A stretch of 64,000 nucleotides of DNA, taken from positions 37,316 to 101,315 of the forward strand of contig JAYTTF010000188.1 in the NCBI GenBank assembly GCA_043745195.1, read 5' to 3'. The notes below the pieces were generated by a model that was given only the letters and a program-made list of their open reading frames with translations, made no database searches and was not told the DNA's origin. The first letter of the stretch is position 1. Each line of letters opens with the position of its first letter. The translations under genes were made by a program, and so were the position numbers. The stretch comes from Bryobacterales bacterium (GTDB lineage: Bacteria > Acidobacteriota > Terriglobia > Bryobacterales > Bryobacteraceae). Shown here one piece after another: positions 28,275-38,389 of the stretch.

Positions 28275-28610
28275 CTATGCTGGCAGAAACTCATGCTCAA
28301 GCGGCTCGGCTGGCTCAATCCGCCTGACACGGATTTTTACCTCGATACGAGAACCGAGGCGGTTGAGAACGGTCATCAGCCGGTCAACTGTGAAACGCCC
28401 CAGATCCGCGTTGCGGATGCGCGAGAAATCGGCGGCGGCGATGCCCGTGCGCTCATGCGCCGCCCGCACCGTCAATTCATCTTTGTCGAGCGCCTTGATG
28501 ATCTCGGCGGCAAGGATGGCCTTGAACTGCAAGGCGTCGGCGTTCTCGCGCCCAAGATCGCGGAACACGTTTCCGCTACCACGCACAATTTGAAGCTTTT
28601 CAGCTTTCAT
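28275..28610 (-). CDS. XRE-family HTH antitoxin (HigA-like partner of a Gp49/RelE toxin)
   Basis: 111 aa. SGNVFRDLG...LTVRAAHERTGIAAADFSRIRNADLGRFTVDRLMTVLNRLG is the typical HTH_XRE antitoxin layout. Lies immediately downstream of the toxin gene. Confidence 0.8.
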   Translation of the reverse strand: MKAEKLQIVRGSGNVFRDLGRENADALQFKAILAAEIIKALDKDELTVRAAHERTGIAAADFSRIRNADLGRFTVDRLMTVLNRLGSRIEVKIRVRRIEPAEPLEHEFLPA

Positions 28611-28643
28611 CGCAATATCTCCTTCAGTCGCTTCAAGCGGTCT

Positions 28644-28964
28644 TTAATTAATCAGGTCGATCTCACGTTGCGGCGTCTTAATGCCCTGCGTTGCTTTCTT
28701 TTGGAAGGCGTGCACAACCCAGATATCGGTACCGAGTCGCACGGCGTAGACAACCCTGTACGCATCACCCTCAAACGGCAAGGCAATCTCCAGTACGCCA
28801 GAGCCAAGCCCTTGCAGCGGCTTCGCAAGGTCAGCCTTGCTTCCCTCGGCAGCAATCGTGAGCGCGGTGAGGCAGATCGCTTGTGCCCCTTCCGGGATCT
28901 TCTCGAATTCCCTAAGTGCTGGCCTGAGCCAGGAAACTGGCCGAGTCTTACGGACTTCCGCCAT
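28644..28964 (-). CDS. Gp49/HigB-like RelE-superfamily toxin, C-terminally truncated by a 4-bp duplication
   Basis: 106 aa. ...AYRVVYAVRLGTDIWVVHAFQKKATQGIKTPQREIDLIN*. The stop lies inside TTAATTAA (28644-28651). Removing 4 nt extends the ORF to ...IDLIKDRLKRLKEILR*, with its TGA (28607-28609) overlapping the antitoxin ATG. Confidence 0.8.
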   Translation of the reverse strand: MAEVRKTRPVSWLRPALREFEKIPEGAQAICLTALTIAAEGSKADLAKPLQGLGSGVLEIALPFEGDAYRVVYAVRLGTDIWVVHAFQKKATQGIKTPQREIDLIN

Positions 28965-28994
28965 CCGCTATCGCGTGCCATCCATAGAACTAAT

Positions 28995-29012
28995 GTTGTC
29001 ATATTTGACAAC
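28995..29012 (-). promoter_or_regulatory. Palindromic candidate operator upstream of the higB-like/XRE operon
   Basis: GTTGTCA-tatt-TGACAAC is a perfect 7-bp inverted repeat, ~30 nt upstream of the toxin start codon at 28964. This is the expected position for TA autoregulation. Confidence 0.45.
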
Positions 29013-29194
29013 TAAACGTCGAGCAGCCGGGACAGGGCAAGTTTGGCGAATCCGGTGCCGACCGCGCTCTATGCAAACTTACCGCCAACATCAAGGCCAA
29101 CGGCTTGCAGCAAAACCTCAACGCAGTACTCCACCGCGCTAACATTGCTGATGTGGATCAACCCATTCAGTCATCGAAACGGCCCGGTATTTGG

Positions 29195-30427
29195 ATGGTC
29201 CGGCGTGATGACATTGTCTGGCTGGCGTTATTCGGACTGATGGCCTGGGCCACTCCAAGCGACAACGTCGAGGCACTGCTCAGCATCGGGCTCTTCGCAA
29301 TTTCACAATTAATTGAAGGGCGCGTTCCGTGGTTTTCTACGCAACATGGCGTGCTCACCAGCATTGCCGTGAAAATTTTGCTTGGTTGGTTTCTCATCGG
29401 CTGGACCGACGGCATTAACAGCACTTACTATCCAATCCTGCTTGCTCCCGTGATCACTGCCGCTACCCGCCTAGGCTGGTTAGGCACCTCTGTTGTGACG
29501 CTGGCTGCATGCAGCACTTATCTTTACTTCCTCCGCTATATTGATTTTTCCATTCAATCTGTTTCCTGGAAAGAACTTGCACTACACCTTGGCTTCTTAC
29601 CAGTGGCTGGTTACTTGACTTACATCCTGGCTGAAACCAATCGTGAAGGCGCGCGGCTGGCTCGCTCCGTAGCAGGGCAGTTGGAAGTAGCCAATCGAAG
29701 CCTGCAAGAGGCCGAAGCCGCAGTGCGCCGTTCCGATAGACTGGCAGCCCTAGGACAGTTAACAGCTGGCTTAGCGCACGAACTTCGTAACCCATTGGGT
29801 ACCATTCGCGCATCTTCTGAAATGTTGCGTAAGTCCCTTACCGGAAATGAAAGCGAGGTGGCCGCAGAAATGGCCGGGTTTATTCAAACCGAAGTGGACC
29901 GCGCGAATTCGTTAGTCACTCGCTTTCTGGAATTCGCCAGACCTTTGCCCTTGCGACGCGCCGCTGTTTCCCTAGCCGATATGCTGGACCGTGCCATTTC
30001 GCAGTTTGAGCATGCAGCTCCACAACCGGATGTTTCCATTTACAAGAACTATTCGCCCGAAATTCCACCACTGGAAATTGATGCGGAATGGATGGAGCGA
30101 GTGGTTTACAATTTGTTGATGAACGCCGCGCAGGCATCACCCGCAGGTAGCGCTGTGACTGTGAAAACCCGATTGCTGGATGATCACAGACAAGCGGAAA
30201 TTTCTGTGATTGATCGCGGTTCCGGCATTGACCCCAAGAACCGGGAAAATATTTTCAACCCTTTCTTCACCACAAAACCTGATGGAGTTGGCTTGGGTCT
30301 GGCCATTGTGTCCAAAGTGATTGATGAACACGGGGGCCAGATTTTGGTGGAAAGTGAACTTGGTAAGGGAAGTATTTTTCGAGTGCTACTGCCATTAAAG
30401 GCTCCAATGGAAAATTCTATCCAATGA
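29195..30427 (+). CDS. Membrane sensor histidine kinase (NtrB/AtoS-like)
   Basis: ATG at 29195; the track ORF begins at a TTG at 29105. About six N-terminal TM helices. H-box LAHELRNPLGTI, N-box NLLMNAAQA, G-boxes IDRGSGI and GVGLGLAIV. Confidence 0.88.
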   Translation: MVRRDDIVWLALFGLMAWATPSDNVEALLSIGLFAISQLIEGRVPWFSTQHGVLTSIAVKILLGWFLIGWTDGINSTYYPILLAPVITAATRLGWLGTSVVTLAACSTYLYFLRYIDFSIQSVSWKELALHLGFLPVAGYLTYILAETNREGARLARSVAGQLEVANRSLQEAEAAVRRSDRLAALGQLTAGLAHELRNPLGTIRASSEMLRKSLTGNESEVAAEMAGFIQTEVDRANSLVTRFLEFARPLPLRRAAVSLADMLDRAISQFEHAAPQPDVSIYKNYSPEIPPLEIDAEWMERVVYNLLMNAAQASPAGSAVTVKTRLLDDHRQAEISVIDRGSGIDPKNRENIFNPFFTTKPDGVGLGLAIVSKVIDEHGGQILVESELGKGSIFRVLLPLKAPMENSIQ

Positions 30428-31791
30428 AACAACGAATCCTGATAGTGGAAGATGAAGAAAAACTTAGGCGTGTGATGGAACTGCAATTGCGTTCCTCCGG
30501 CTTTGAAGTGGAACAGGCGGGCACGGCCGAACAGGGTCTGAAAATGATTGACCATGCCGACCTGATCCTCACCGATCTGCGTCTACCCGGCATGGATGGC
30601 ATTGAGTTTCTGCGTGCCGTGCGCCAGCAGTTCGCCCATACTCCTGTGGTTTTGATGACCGCTTTCGGCACCATTGAAAATGCCGTGGAGGCGATGAAAA
30701 TTGGTGCCAATGATTTTTTGTTGAAGCCTTTCTCCCTCGATCATTTGGTTGCGGTGGTGAACAAGGCTTTGGAGATGCGCAACCTCCGCGCTGAGAATCG
30801 GCAGTTGCGCGAAGAGCTTGGCCAGCGCTTCCAGTTAGACAATATTATTGGCCGCAGCCAACCAATGCAGGAAATTTTCTCCACCGTAATGCGTGTTGCC
30901 CCTACTCGGGCCACCGTGCTTTTGGCGGGCGAAAGCGGCGTTGGCAAGGATCGCATTGCACGGGCTATTCATCAGCAATCGCCACGCAAAGACAAACCCT
31001 TTGTGAAAATCAATTGCACCTCCATTCCGGAAAATCTAATGGAGAGCGAACTGTTTGGTTATGAGAAAGGCGCGTTTACAGGTGCCAACCAAACCAAGCC
31101 AGGTAAGTTTGAGCAGGCGGATACTGGAACGGTCTTTTTAGACGAGATTGGCGATGTCCCTCCGGCGATTCAAGTGAAGCTGCTGCGTATTTTGCAGGAG
31201 CGGGAATTTGAACGGTTGGGGTCAAACAAAACAATGAAGATCGACGTGCGGGTGATTGCAGCCACCAACGTGGACCTGCGTGCGGCACTGGAACAAGGTA
31301 CGTTTCGCGAGGATCTTTATTACCGCTTGAATGTGGTGCCAATGAACATTCCACCGCTTCGCGATCGCAAAGAGGATATCCCTGTGCTGGCGGAATTCTT
31401 TGTCACGAAATTGGGTAAGGAGTTAGATAGCCCGGTGCGAACCATTTCCCGCGCTGCGGTTGCAAAGTTGATGGACTACAATTTTCCGGGCAATGTGCGC
31501 GAACTTGAAAATGTTTTGGAGCGCAGTATTGTGATGGCTGAAGGTCCGGAACTGACAGCATCGGATATCCGGCTGGACCTGGCACCGGCGTCACGGCACC
31601 ATGCTGAATCATCGAACAGCTTTCTGCCGGAAGGGATGACGCTGGATCAGTATGAACAACAACTTATCAAAGAGGCGTTGAAGCGCGCGAACGGAAATAA
31701 GAGCCAGGCAGCGCGTCTGTTGGGTTTGACTCGCAATGCGTTCCGGTATCGCCTGGACCAAATGGGCATGGATTCAAGCGATACCGAATAA
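30424..31791 (+). CDS. Sigma-54-dependent response regulator (NtrC family)
   Basis: 455 aa. REC domain ([10 protein letters not shown]...[10 protein letters not shown]). AAA+ domain with [30 protein letters not shown]. Fis-type [25 protein letters not shown] overlap with the kinase gene. Confidence 0.92.
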   Translation: MKQRILIVEDEEKLRRVMELQLRSSGFEVEQAGTAEQGLKMIDHADLILTDLRLPGMDGIEFLRAVRQQFAHTPVVLMTAFGTIENAVEAMKIGANDFLLKPFSLDHLVAVVNKALEMRNLRAENRQLREELGQRFQLDNIIGRSQPMQEIFSTVMRVAPTRATVLLAGESGVGKDRIARAIHQQSPRKDKPFVKINCTSIPENLMESELFGYEKGAFTGANQTKPGKFEQADTGTVFLDEIGDVPPAIQVKLLRILQEREFERLGSNKTMKIDVRVIAATNVDLRAALEQGTFREDLYYRLNVVPMNIPPLRDRKEDIPVLAEFFVTKLGKELDSPVRTISRAAVAKLMDYNFPGNVRELENVLERSIVMAEGPELTASDIRLDLAPASRHHAESSNSFLPEGMTLDQYEQQLIKEALKRANGNKSQAARLLGLTRNAFRYRLDQMGMDSSDTE

Positions 31792-31794
31792 GTT

Positions 31795-33315
31795 CTACTT
31801 TCCGGCGATCACCCAGCGATCACTGCGAAACGGACCAGCGGGCAGCCCTTCGCGATTGATTAAGTTCGCAGTTGGGTCATCCACCCAGGCATAGCGGACG
31901 GCAGTGGGCTCTGTCACTTCAGTGCTGGAAAGCACAACCGTATTCCCTTCAATCTTCGCCGCCGCCGGTACAAACTTTTCGTCTTTACCGGCAACCAGGA
32001 AGCCTTTCAACTCCTCGTTACCCGGCACGCTGAGACCTGCGCCAACATGGTTGAACCAAACTCGAATAGCATTGCCTTCCAACGTGCTTTGACGATACAA
32101 AGGACCGGAGTATTCAATTTTTTCGCCATAAACAGTGGCCCGCGCGGCGAGTGCCAAACGATGTCCAATGGCTTGTTTGTTCTTCGGATGAATGTCGTTC
32201 GATTCGCCAACGTCAATAGCAACGGCCATACCAGTGTCGCGCAACTCCAGTGCCTCGGCTTGCGATTCACGCAACAGCGGCCAATAGGGATTGGCCTTGT
32301 AGTTGGCTAATTGCACAAACAGAAACGGCAGACTTCCCTGCCCCCAGCCCGCACGCCAATCTTCAATCATTAACCGGAACAGCCGACGGTACGGCATTGC
32401 GTGAACCACGTTGGCATTTGCTTCTCCCTGATACCAGATAACACCGCTGACGGCATAAGGAATCAACGGGGCGATCATCCCGTTGTAAAGACCCGCTGGA
32501 GTGTTGGGGTGTCCAGGGCCAACCGGGGGGCGTGGTGCGGTTGGCAGCTTTGCATTTTCAACCTTGGCTTTTGCCACCGCTTGCTTATGATTCTCTAGCG
32601 CCTTGTCATAACGTTCCTTGGCAGCTGGATAGTTGCCCAGAACTTTTTCCCAATCTGAGGAAATGAACTTCAAAGCAGGCTCGGATTCCAGGGCCGGAGC
32701 ACTGGTCCAGGATTGGGCGGGGGTGCCACCCCAGGAAGAGTGAATGAAACCAATGGGCACGCCCAGTTTCTGGTGTAATTCTCTGGAAAAGAAATAACCC
32801 GCAGCTGAAAAACCTTTCACGGAACTGGCGTCGCATAATTTCCATGAACCAACCACATCATCGGAAGGGGAATCGGCGACAACTCGCTTCACTTGAAAGA
32901 GTCGAATTTTGGGATATTGGGCGGAGGCGATTTCAGTTTCGGCATCCTTTGATCTTTCAACGGACATTTCCATATTGGATTGGCCGGAGCCAACCCAGAC
33001 CTCGCCGACTAAAACGTCGTGGACGACTAAGGTGTTTTCACCTGCTATCGTAAGGTCCGCAGGCGCACCGGGCTTCATCGGGTGGAGGAATACCGACCAT
33101 TTGCCAGCAGCAGAAGCTTTGGCCAATACCTTCTGCTCTTGAAAAGTGACGGTTACGGATTCGGCTGGGTTCGCCGTGCCCCAAATTCGCACCGGAACGT
33201 TTTGACGCAGCACCATATGGTCGGAAATCAATGAGGGCAGTTTTACAGCAGCGGAAAGTTGCCACCCGGCAGCCAGCAAAGGAAGGAGCAAAAGGAATAT
33301 TCGGCGCATAAGCAA
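31795..33315 (-). CDS. Sialate O-acetylesterase-like (SGNH/DUF303) secreted esterase
   Basis: 506 aa. Signal peptide. GEVWVGSGQSNME catalytic-serine block and WYQGEAN block are typical of 9-O-acetylesterases. Confidence 0.8.
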   Translation of the reverse strand: MLMRRIFLLLLPLLAAGWQLSAAVKLPSLISDHMVLRQNVPVRIWGTANPAESVTVTFQEQKVLAKASAAGKWSVFLHPMKPGAPADLTIAGENTLVVHDVLVGEVWVGSGQSNMEMSVERSKDAETEIASAQYPKIRLFQVKRVVADSPSDDVVGSWKLCDASSVKGFSAAGYFFSRELHQKLGVPIGFIHSSWGGTPAQSWTSAPALESEPALKFISSDWEKVLGNYPAAKERYDKALENHKQAVAKAKVENAKLPTAPRPPVGPGHPNTPAGLYNGMIAPLIPYAVSGVIWYQGEANANVVHAMPYRRLFRLMIEDWRAGWGQGSLPFLFVQLANYKANPYWPLLRESQAEALELRDTGMAVAIDVGESNDIHPKNKQAIGHRLALAARATVYGEKIEYSGPLYRQSTLEGNAIRVWFNHVGAGLSVPGNEELKGFLVAGKDEKFVPAAAKIEGNTVVLSSTEVTEPTAVRYAWVDDPTANLINREGLPAGPFRSDRWVIAGK

Positions 33316-33441
33316 CGACTATTGTGTCATGTCTTAAGAATTGATTGAAGGCAAAAGTAAAACCGGTATCATCTGTAATCCTTTTCCAGTCACCCGCCGA
33401 TAATGCCAATGGGGGAGATGGATTAAGTAATCCGTCTTTGT

Positions 33442-34584
33442 ATGGATCAAGCTGCATTAAAAACGGCGGAAATAGTTCAACTAAGGCTTAGTATTCCTTA
33501 TTCCTGGAATCAGTCGTTGGAGGAAACCAGCTATGCTCCAACAGTTCTGATCGTGGATGATCTGGAGATCAATCGTCGTCTATTAAAGGCGATGCTCCGC
33601 AGCACGAATTACCGTTTCCTGGAAGCAAGGCGTGCTAACGATGCACTGCATATTCTTGAAACGGAACCCGTTGACCTAATTATTCTGGATTTGATGATTC
33701 CAGGCTTAAGTGGGCCCGAGTTCTGCAGACATGTTAAGAACAACCGCAAGACTCAGTTGGTGCCAGTGCTGATGATTACCAGTCTGCACGGCGTTGAAAA
33801 CGAGATTCAAGGGATCAATTCCGGTGCTGATGAATTCTTAACCAAGCCTTTGCATCCCGCTTTGGTGAGGTCGCGAATCAGCGCGATGCTGCGCAATAAG
33901 GCGGCAGTGGATTCTTTGGAAGAAGCCGAAACCATTTTGTTTGCCCTTGCTCAGGCAGTGGAGAGTAGGGATCCTTACACCGCAGGTCATTGCGAACGCC
34001 TGGCGACTTATAGTGTAGCGGTTGGAAACGTATTGGGGCTTTCCAGGCAGGAATTGGTGGCACTGCATCGTGGTGGATACCTGCACGACATTGGCAAGGT
34101 GGCTGTACCTGACAAGATTCTTCACGGAACAGAAAAGCTTACGGCGGAAGAGTGGGAAGTTATGAAGTTGCACACCACGCGTGGCGAGGAAATTTGCCGG
34201 CCCATGAAGAGCCTAAAACCTGTGCTTCCCATTATTCGAAGCCATCACGAACGCTGGGACGGAACAGGATATCCGGATGGTTTGGCCGGAGAGAATATTC
34301 CACTCTTGGCCCGGATTCTTCAGGTGGTGGATATCTATGATGCGCTGATTACAGCCCGCACCTATAAACCCGCACTGTCCCATGAGGAAGCGATCCGAAT
34401 TCTGGAAGAAGAAGCTGCAAAGAAGTGGCGTGACCCGGATTTGGTTGCTTTGTTTGCCAATATTTCAAACAGCTCCTGGGAGCAGAGCATTGCTGAGTTT
34501 GCTTCCTCGGAATGGGAAGAACTGCAGTCCATGCGCATTTCCTTGGAAAACATGCAAGTATCGGTTTCCCGTCAGGCGGGATAA
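33442..34584 (+). CDS. Response regulator with HD-GYP phosphodiesterase domain (RpfG-like)
   Basis: 380 aa. REC domain (VLIVDDLEINRRLL...ILDLMIPGLSG). HD-GYP motifs HCERLA, YLHDIGK, HHERWDGTGYPDGL. Confidence 0.9.
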   Translation: MDQAALKTAEIVQLRLSIPYSWNQSLEETSYAPTVLIVDDLEINRRLLKAMLRSTNYRFLEARRANDALHILETEPVDLIILDLMIPGLSGPEFCRHVKNNRKTQLVPVLMITSLHGVENEIQGINSGADEFLTKPLHPALVRSRISAMLRNKAAVDSLEEAETILFALAQAVESRDPYTAGHCERLATYSVAVGNVLGLSRQELVALHRGGYLHDIGKVAVPDKILHGTEKLTAEEWEVMKLHTTRGEEICRPMKSLKPVLPIIRSHHERWDGTGYPDGLAGENIPLLARILQVVDIYDALITARTYKPALSHEEAIRILEEEAAKKWRDPDLVALFANISNSSWEQSIAEFASSEWEELQSMRISLENMQVSVSRQAG

Positions 34585-34598
34585 ACCATCAGCAGGGC

Positions 34599-35933
34599 TT
34601 ACTTACGGACAGGAATTACTCTGCCGTTCCCTCTTGCCATTGGCTGAGGCACAGTAGACGGCACCGGTTCCGGCTCAGGTTCGGGAAGCTTCTTGGGGCG
34701 CGCATCCAATTTCTTCGCGATGTACTCATCCTTCGCCTTAAGGAATTTCGGCGATTCTGGAGCAATCTTGGTAGCCTCAGTCACCTCCACATCGGTAACT
34801 TCTTGAGCCATGCCAACAAACTTCTGCAGGTAATTTTTGATGCGATCTTGAACCAATCGTTCACTGGAGCTCATCAAAAGGAAGATAATCTGGTCCCCTG
34901 CCGCATGCCGAAGCGCCTTGTAAATCAAGGACGGTTTTTTCAAGGTTGGTGACTTGATTTCCTTTTCCAATTTCTTTGACTTTGCTTCCAACTGCTGCCA
35001 GTTATTCACCGTAGCCTTGTCAATACTCATATTCTTGATCAGGGCATTCTTTTCTTTAGGGGAAAGCTTTTGAGTCAAGATATAGAGAAACAGACTTGGA
35101 TAATTCGTTTCAAAGCCGATTTCAAATGGAATATTCGTCCGTGCCTTCATCAGCTTCTGCATACCAGCCAAATTCACTTTGGCACCAGTAAGAGCTGGGG
35201 AAAACAGTGGCAGAATTTTCTCTTCGTCCAGAATCCGGAGCAGTTCAGCAGGGTTCACTTCGCCGGCCATGCGCAACAGTTCGGGCCCAAGGATTTCATT
35301 AGAAATCTTCAGATGCAGCCCGGATTCCTTTACGTTTTCATACTGCCCTTTGGTCCGTTCTGACAAAGGAAAATTCATGCGTACGCTGAAGCGCCACATG
35401 CGCAATACCCGCGACGCATCGTCGTAGAGGGCGTAGCTGTAGGCAGTGTGCATTTCCCGGCGTTCGAGGTCGGCCAGTCCGTTGGTGGGATCGAGCAGCA
35501 ACCCGCGCGATGCTTTGTTCAAAGACAAAGCAATGGCATTGATGGTGAAATCGCGGCCCCGCAAATCCTCGTGAATTGTAGCGGAGGTTACCGTGGGCTT
35601 CGACCCGGCTCGGCCATACTTTTCCACTTTCGCCATCGCGAATTCCGCAGTAACATTGCCTGGAAAACGCATCTCAATACTTTTCTTCCGATCATCAGTG
35701 GAAACTATTTCGCCATGAAGCTTCTTTTCCAAAAGCTTTGCCAGAGGCTTGGGTGCACCTTCGACCACAAAGTCGAGATCGCGGACTGGATAGCCGCCCA
35801 AAACATCCCGCATCGCTCCGCCGGCCAGAAAGACACTGAGATTTGTATCAGCCGCCGCTGCTTGCACAGCGTTCACCACCTGAAACTGGCTTGCCGTCAG
35901 GTGGCTCTCAAGCATGAACATGTAATCACTCAT
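34599..35933 (-). CDS. CCA-adding enzyme / poly(A) polymerase family nucleotidyltransferase
   Basis: 444 aa. Head-domain motif FLAGGAMRDVLGGYPVRDLDFVV, then RDFTINA. Confidence 0.8.
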   Translation of the reverse strand: MSDYMFMLESHLTASQFQVVNAVQAAAADTNLSVFLAGGAMRDVLGGYPVRDLDFVVEGAPKPLAKLLEKKLHGEIVSTDDRKKSIEMRFPGNVTAEFAMAKVEKYGRAGSKPTVTSATIHEDLRGRDFTINAIALSLNKASRGLLLDPTNGLADLERREMHTAYSYALYDDASRVLRMWRFSVRMNFPLSERTKGQYENVKESGLHLKISNEILGPELLRMAGEVNPAELLRILDEEKILPLFSPALTGAKVNLAGMQKLMKARTNIPFEIGFETNYPSLFLYILTQKLSPKEKNALIKNMSIDKATVNNWQQLEAKSKKLEKEIKSPTLKKPSLIYKALRHAAGDQIIFLLMSSSERLVQDRIKNYLQKFVGMAQEVTDVEVTEATKIAPESPKFLKAKDEYIAKKLDARPKKLPEPEPEPVPSTVPQPMARGNGRVIPVRK

Positions 35934-35964
35934 TCAACAGCTCTCCAAAACTAAATCAAGCAAA

Positions 35965-36864
35965 TCAAGCACGTGGATGATGTTCATCCACGACCCGCCT
36001 TAAACGCCCGCGCATAACGTGCGTATAAACCTCAGTGGTCCCAATATCAACGTGGCCCAACATGGTCTGCACGCTGCGTAAATCGGCTCCGTTCTCCAGC
36101 AAATGGGTGGCAAAGCTATGACGCAGCACATGGGGTGTTAAACCATGAAAAATGCCTGCTCGCTTCCCCAACTCCCGGAGAGCGGTCCAAAACATTTGAC
36201 GGGTCATCCGGCTACCTCTACCCGTCACAAACAAAAACCGGCTTGCCCGCTGCTTTAAAATTGCAGGACGGGCTTCCTCAAAATACCTGGTCACAAATCC
36301 AATGGCTTGCCGTCCAACGGGAACCAGCCGCTGCTTATTGCCCTTGCCGGTAACTCTCAGCACTCCCAGATCTGCATTAAAATCAGTGATCTCAACCGCG
36401 CATAACTCCGACACCCGCAGACCCGATGCATAGAGCAGTTCTAGCATAGCTCTGTTTCGTTGGCCCAAGGGCTGAGTGAGATCACAAGACTGTAATAACT
36501 TATCAATATCTTCCGCATTTAAAAACTTCGGAATGGATTTCCATTGCTTTGGCGTCGACAAGAACTCTGTCGGATCCGCCGTCAATGTTCCAAGACTAAT
36601 CAAATGACTATACAATCCTCTCAGACTGGATAGGTGTCTGGCAATAGAACGACTGCTAAGTCCTTTTTTGTAAAGTAGATCCACATAGTGACGAAGATCT
36701 TCTTCAACGGGGATTCCGGACACTTTGGCTTCCTCGGAAAAGTGACGGAAACCATTCAAATCTAAAGAGATAGCGGAAATAGAATTCTTCGCCAACCCTT
36801 TTTCCATTCGGCAAAAATCGAGATAGCGCTGTACGATAGCGGACAAAGAAGCCACTTCCAGCAT
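35965..36864 (-). CDS. Tyrosine recombinase, XerC/XerD family
   Basis: 299 aa. N-terminal SAM-like domain. LYASGLRVSEL (Arg I), HVLRHSFATHLLENGADLRSVQTMLGHVDIGTTEVYTHV (H-x-x-R ... Y). Confidence 0.9.
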   Translation of the reverse strand: MLEVASLSAIVQRYLDFCRMEKGLAKNSISAISLDLNGFRHFSEEAKVSGIPVEEDLRHYVDLLYKKGLSSRSIARHLSSLRGLYSHLISLGTLTADPTEFLSTPKQWKSIPKFLNAEDIDKLLQSCDLTQPLGQRNRAMLELLYASGLRVSELCAVEITDFNADLGVLRVTGKGNKQRLVPVGRQAIGFVTRYFEEARPAILKQRASRFLFVTGRGSRMTRQMFWTALRELGKRAGIFHGLTPHVLRHSFATHLLENGADLRSVQTMLGHVDIGTTEVYTHVMRGRLRRVVDEHHPRA

Positions 36865-36917
36865 TGTGCCAATGATACAATACTTACGAAAATGTTTGGA
36901 AGCAATCCGAATTTGGA

Positions 36918-37403
36918 GTGGCGTTTTTGAGTACTTCTTCTAGCAAGAAGGCGCTGGTACTGCGATTTGATCGCGAACCGCTGCCCGGCTTTGTAAATCC
37001 GCAGAACTTTGCCACGCCAAGTGGCATCGAACTCCTGACTCCTCAGGGTCAGGTGCAGATCCTGCCCTTTTTCGAAGTTAAACTCGTTTGTTTTGTTAAA
37101 GATTTCGCTGATTCCCCGAACGTTTTTGAAAAGCGGCAATTCGCTGCACGGCCCAAAACTCTGGGACTTTGGGTTCGTTTGAAATTTCGCGACGGAGACA
37201 TGCTGGAAGGACTTTTGTCCAGCAATTTGTTACAGATAGAGCAGTTCGGGTTCACCGTAGCTCCGCCTGACCCTACATTACAGCGCATCTTTGTACCGCG
37301 GTCGGCGTTAACCGATCTGGATGTTCTTGGTGTAATCGGAAGTGCGTTGAAGAAACCTAAGGTGAGACCGGTTTCCGAAGATCAACTGCAAATGTTTGAG
37401 TAA
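36918..37403 (+). CDS. Conserved-looking hypothetical protein
   Basis: 161-aa ORF (GTG start) divergent from xer, with clean coding character and an internal two-fold pattern (...VKLVCFVKDF... / ...LWVRLKFRDG...). No family recognised. Confidence 0.5.
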   Translation: MAFLSTSSSKKALVLRFDREPLPGFVNPQNFATPSGIELLTPQGQVQILPFFEVKLVCFVKDFADSPNVFEKRQFAARPKTLGLWVRLKFRDGDMLEGLLSSNLLQIEQFGFTVAPPDPTLQRIFVPRSALTDLDVLGVIGSALKKPKVRPVSEDQLQMFE

Positions 37404-37408
37404 ATTCT

Positions 37409-38389
37409 TTAGAGCAAACGGAAATTTACTTCGACTTGGGCAATCACAGGAACTGCACGCCCGTCCTTGACGCCTGGCTTGAATCTCCACTTCTGGACAG
37501 ATTCGATAGCCTTCTCATCCAATCCGAGGCCTAAGGCGCGAATAATGCGAATATCGCGGGGATTGCCTTTTTCGTCAACAACCACAGAAAGCAGCACCGT
37601 GCCCTGGAATTTCGCTTTGCGAGCCTCTTCGGAATACTCAGGCTCAACTTTGAATAAGAGTGCAGGTGAAGACACGCCGCCACCGACGCGGTAAACGCCG
37701 CCGCCCGTTCCGCCGCCGGAACCAGGTCCTAAACCACCACCAGTGCCTGAGCCTACCCCACCGCCGCTACCGCTACCAATTCCAGCACCAGACCCAGTGC
37801 CGTTGGAAGGAATTTTCCCAAGGGAGTTGGGGTCGCCGAAATTCGGCATATTCACGTTAGGCACAGCTGTATCCAACTGAATGGTGGGTTCCATAATTAG
37901 TTTTGGAGCTGTATTGTTTACAACTGCCATAGGCGGAGTAAACTGTCGCGGTGAAATTTTCGGGAGTTTTCCCTTGCTAGCCTGAACCAAACTGCGGTCT
38001 CCACCGCCACCACCACCGGCGCTTGTCTGCTTCTTGATGGGTTCCGGTTTGTAAGCCGCCAGATCAGGAGCAATCAGCGGGACCATATCCTTAACCTTCT
38101 TCTGGATTGTTTCGTTGGTGCTTAGAAACAGAACAAGCACAACAGCTAAGCCGTGAAGAACCACAGAAACTGCTTTGGTTTTTTTTGACTCATCATCCAC
38201 TGACCATATGTCTTTAACCGCAACAGGCTTGGAGGTTAATTCAAGCGGCGGGAGCTTTGGAGGGTTGATCAGTTCCTTGAAGGAATCAACAATTGTGAAA
38301 AACCACGGAGTGTTGGTTTCCGGAGTCAGAAGACGCGCCAAATGAATGTCTTCTTCCTGCTGCGTCGGGTTTACCGGAGTCATCGCCAT
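37409..38389 (-). CDS. Energy transducer TonB family protein
   Basis: 326 aa. N-terminal TM anchor, Pro- and Gly-rich spacer (GSGAGIGSGSGGGVGSGTGGG), C-terminal TonB_C block EARKAKFQGTVLLSVVVDEKGNPRDIRIIRALGLGLDEKAIESVQKWRFKPG. Confidence 0.88.
   Translation of the reverse strand: MAMTPVNPTQQEEDIHLARLLTPETNTPWFFTIVDSFKELINPPKLPPLELTSKPVAVKDIWSVDDESKKTKAVSVVLHGLAVVLVLFLSTNETIQKKVKDMVPLIAPDLAAYKPEPIKKQTSAGGGGGGDRSLVQASKGKLPKISPRQFTPPMAVVNNTAPKLIMEPTIQLDTAVPNVNMPNFGDPNSLGKIPSNGTGSGAGIGSGSGGGVGSGTGGGLGPGSGGGTGGGVYRVGGGVSSPALLFKVEPEYSEEARKAKFQGTVLLSVVVDEKGNPRDIRIIRALGLGLDEKAIESVQKWRFKPGVKDGRAVPVIAQVEVNFRLL

Noticed and set aside
21688-28651. Idea that the two TTAATTAA (PacI) sites are engineered stop linkers
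   Set aside because: Each is explained by duplicating a native TTAA, with no other foreign sequence. TTAATTAA gives a stop in only two of three frames. The context is otherwise natural. This cannot be fully excluded without the source record.
28233-29015. 260-aa plus-strand ORF spanning both TA modules
   Set aside because: It runs antisense across four short genes with recognisable TA motifs and coupling.
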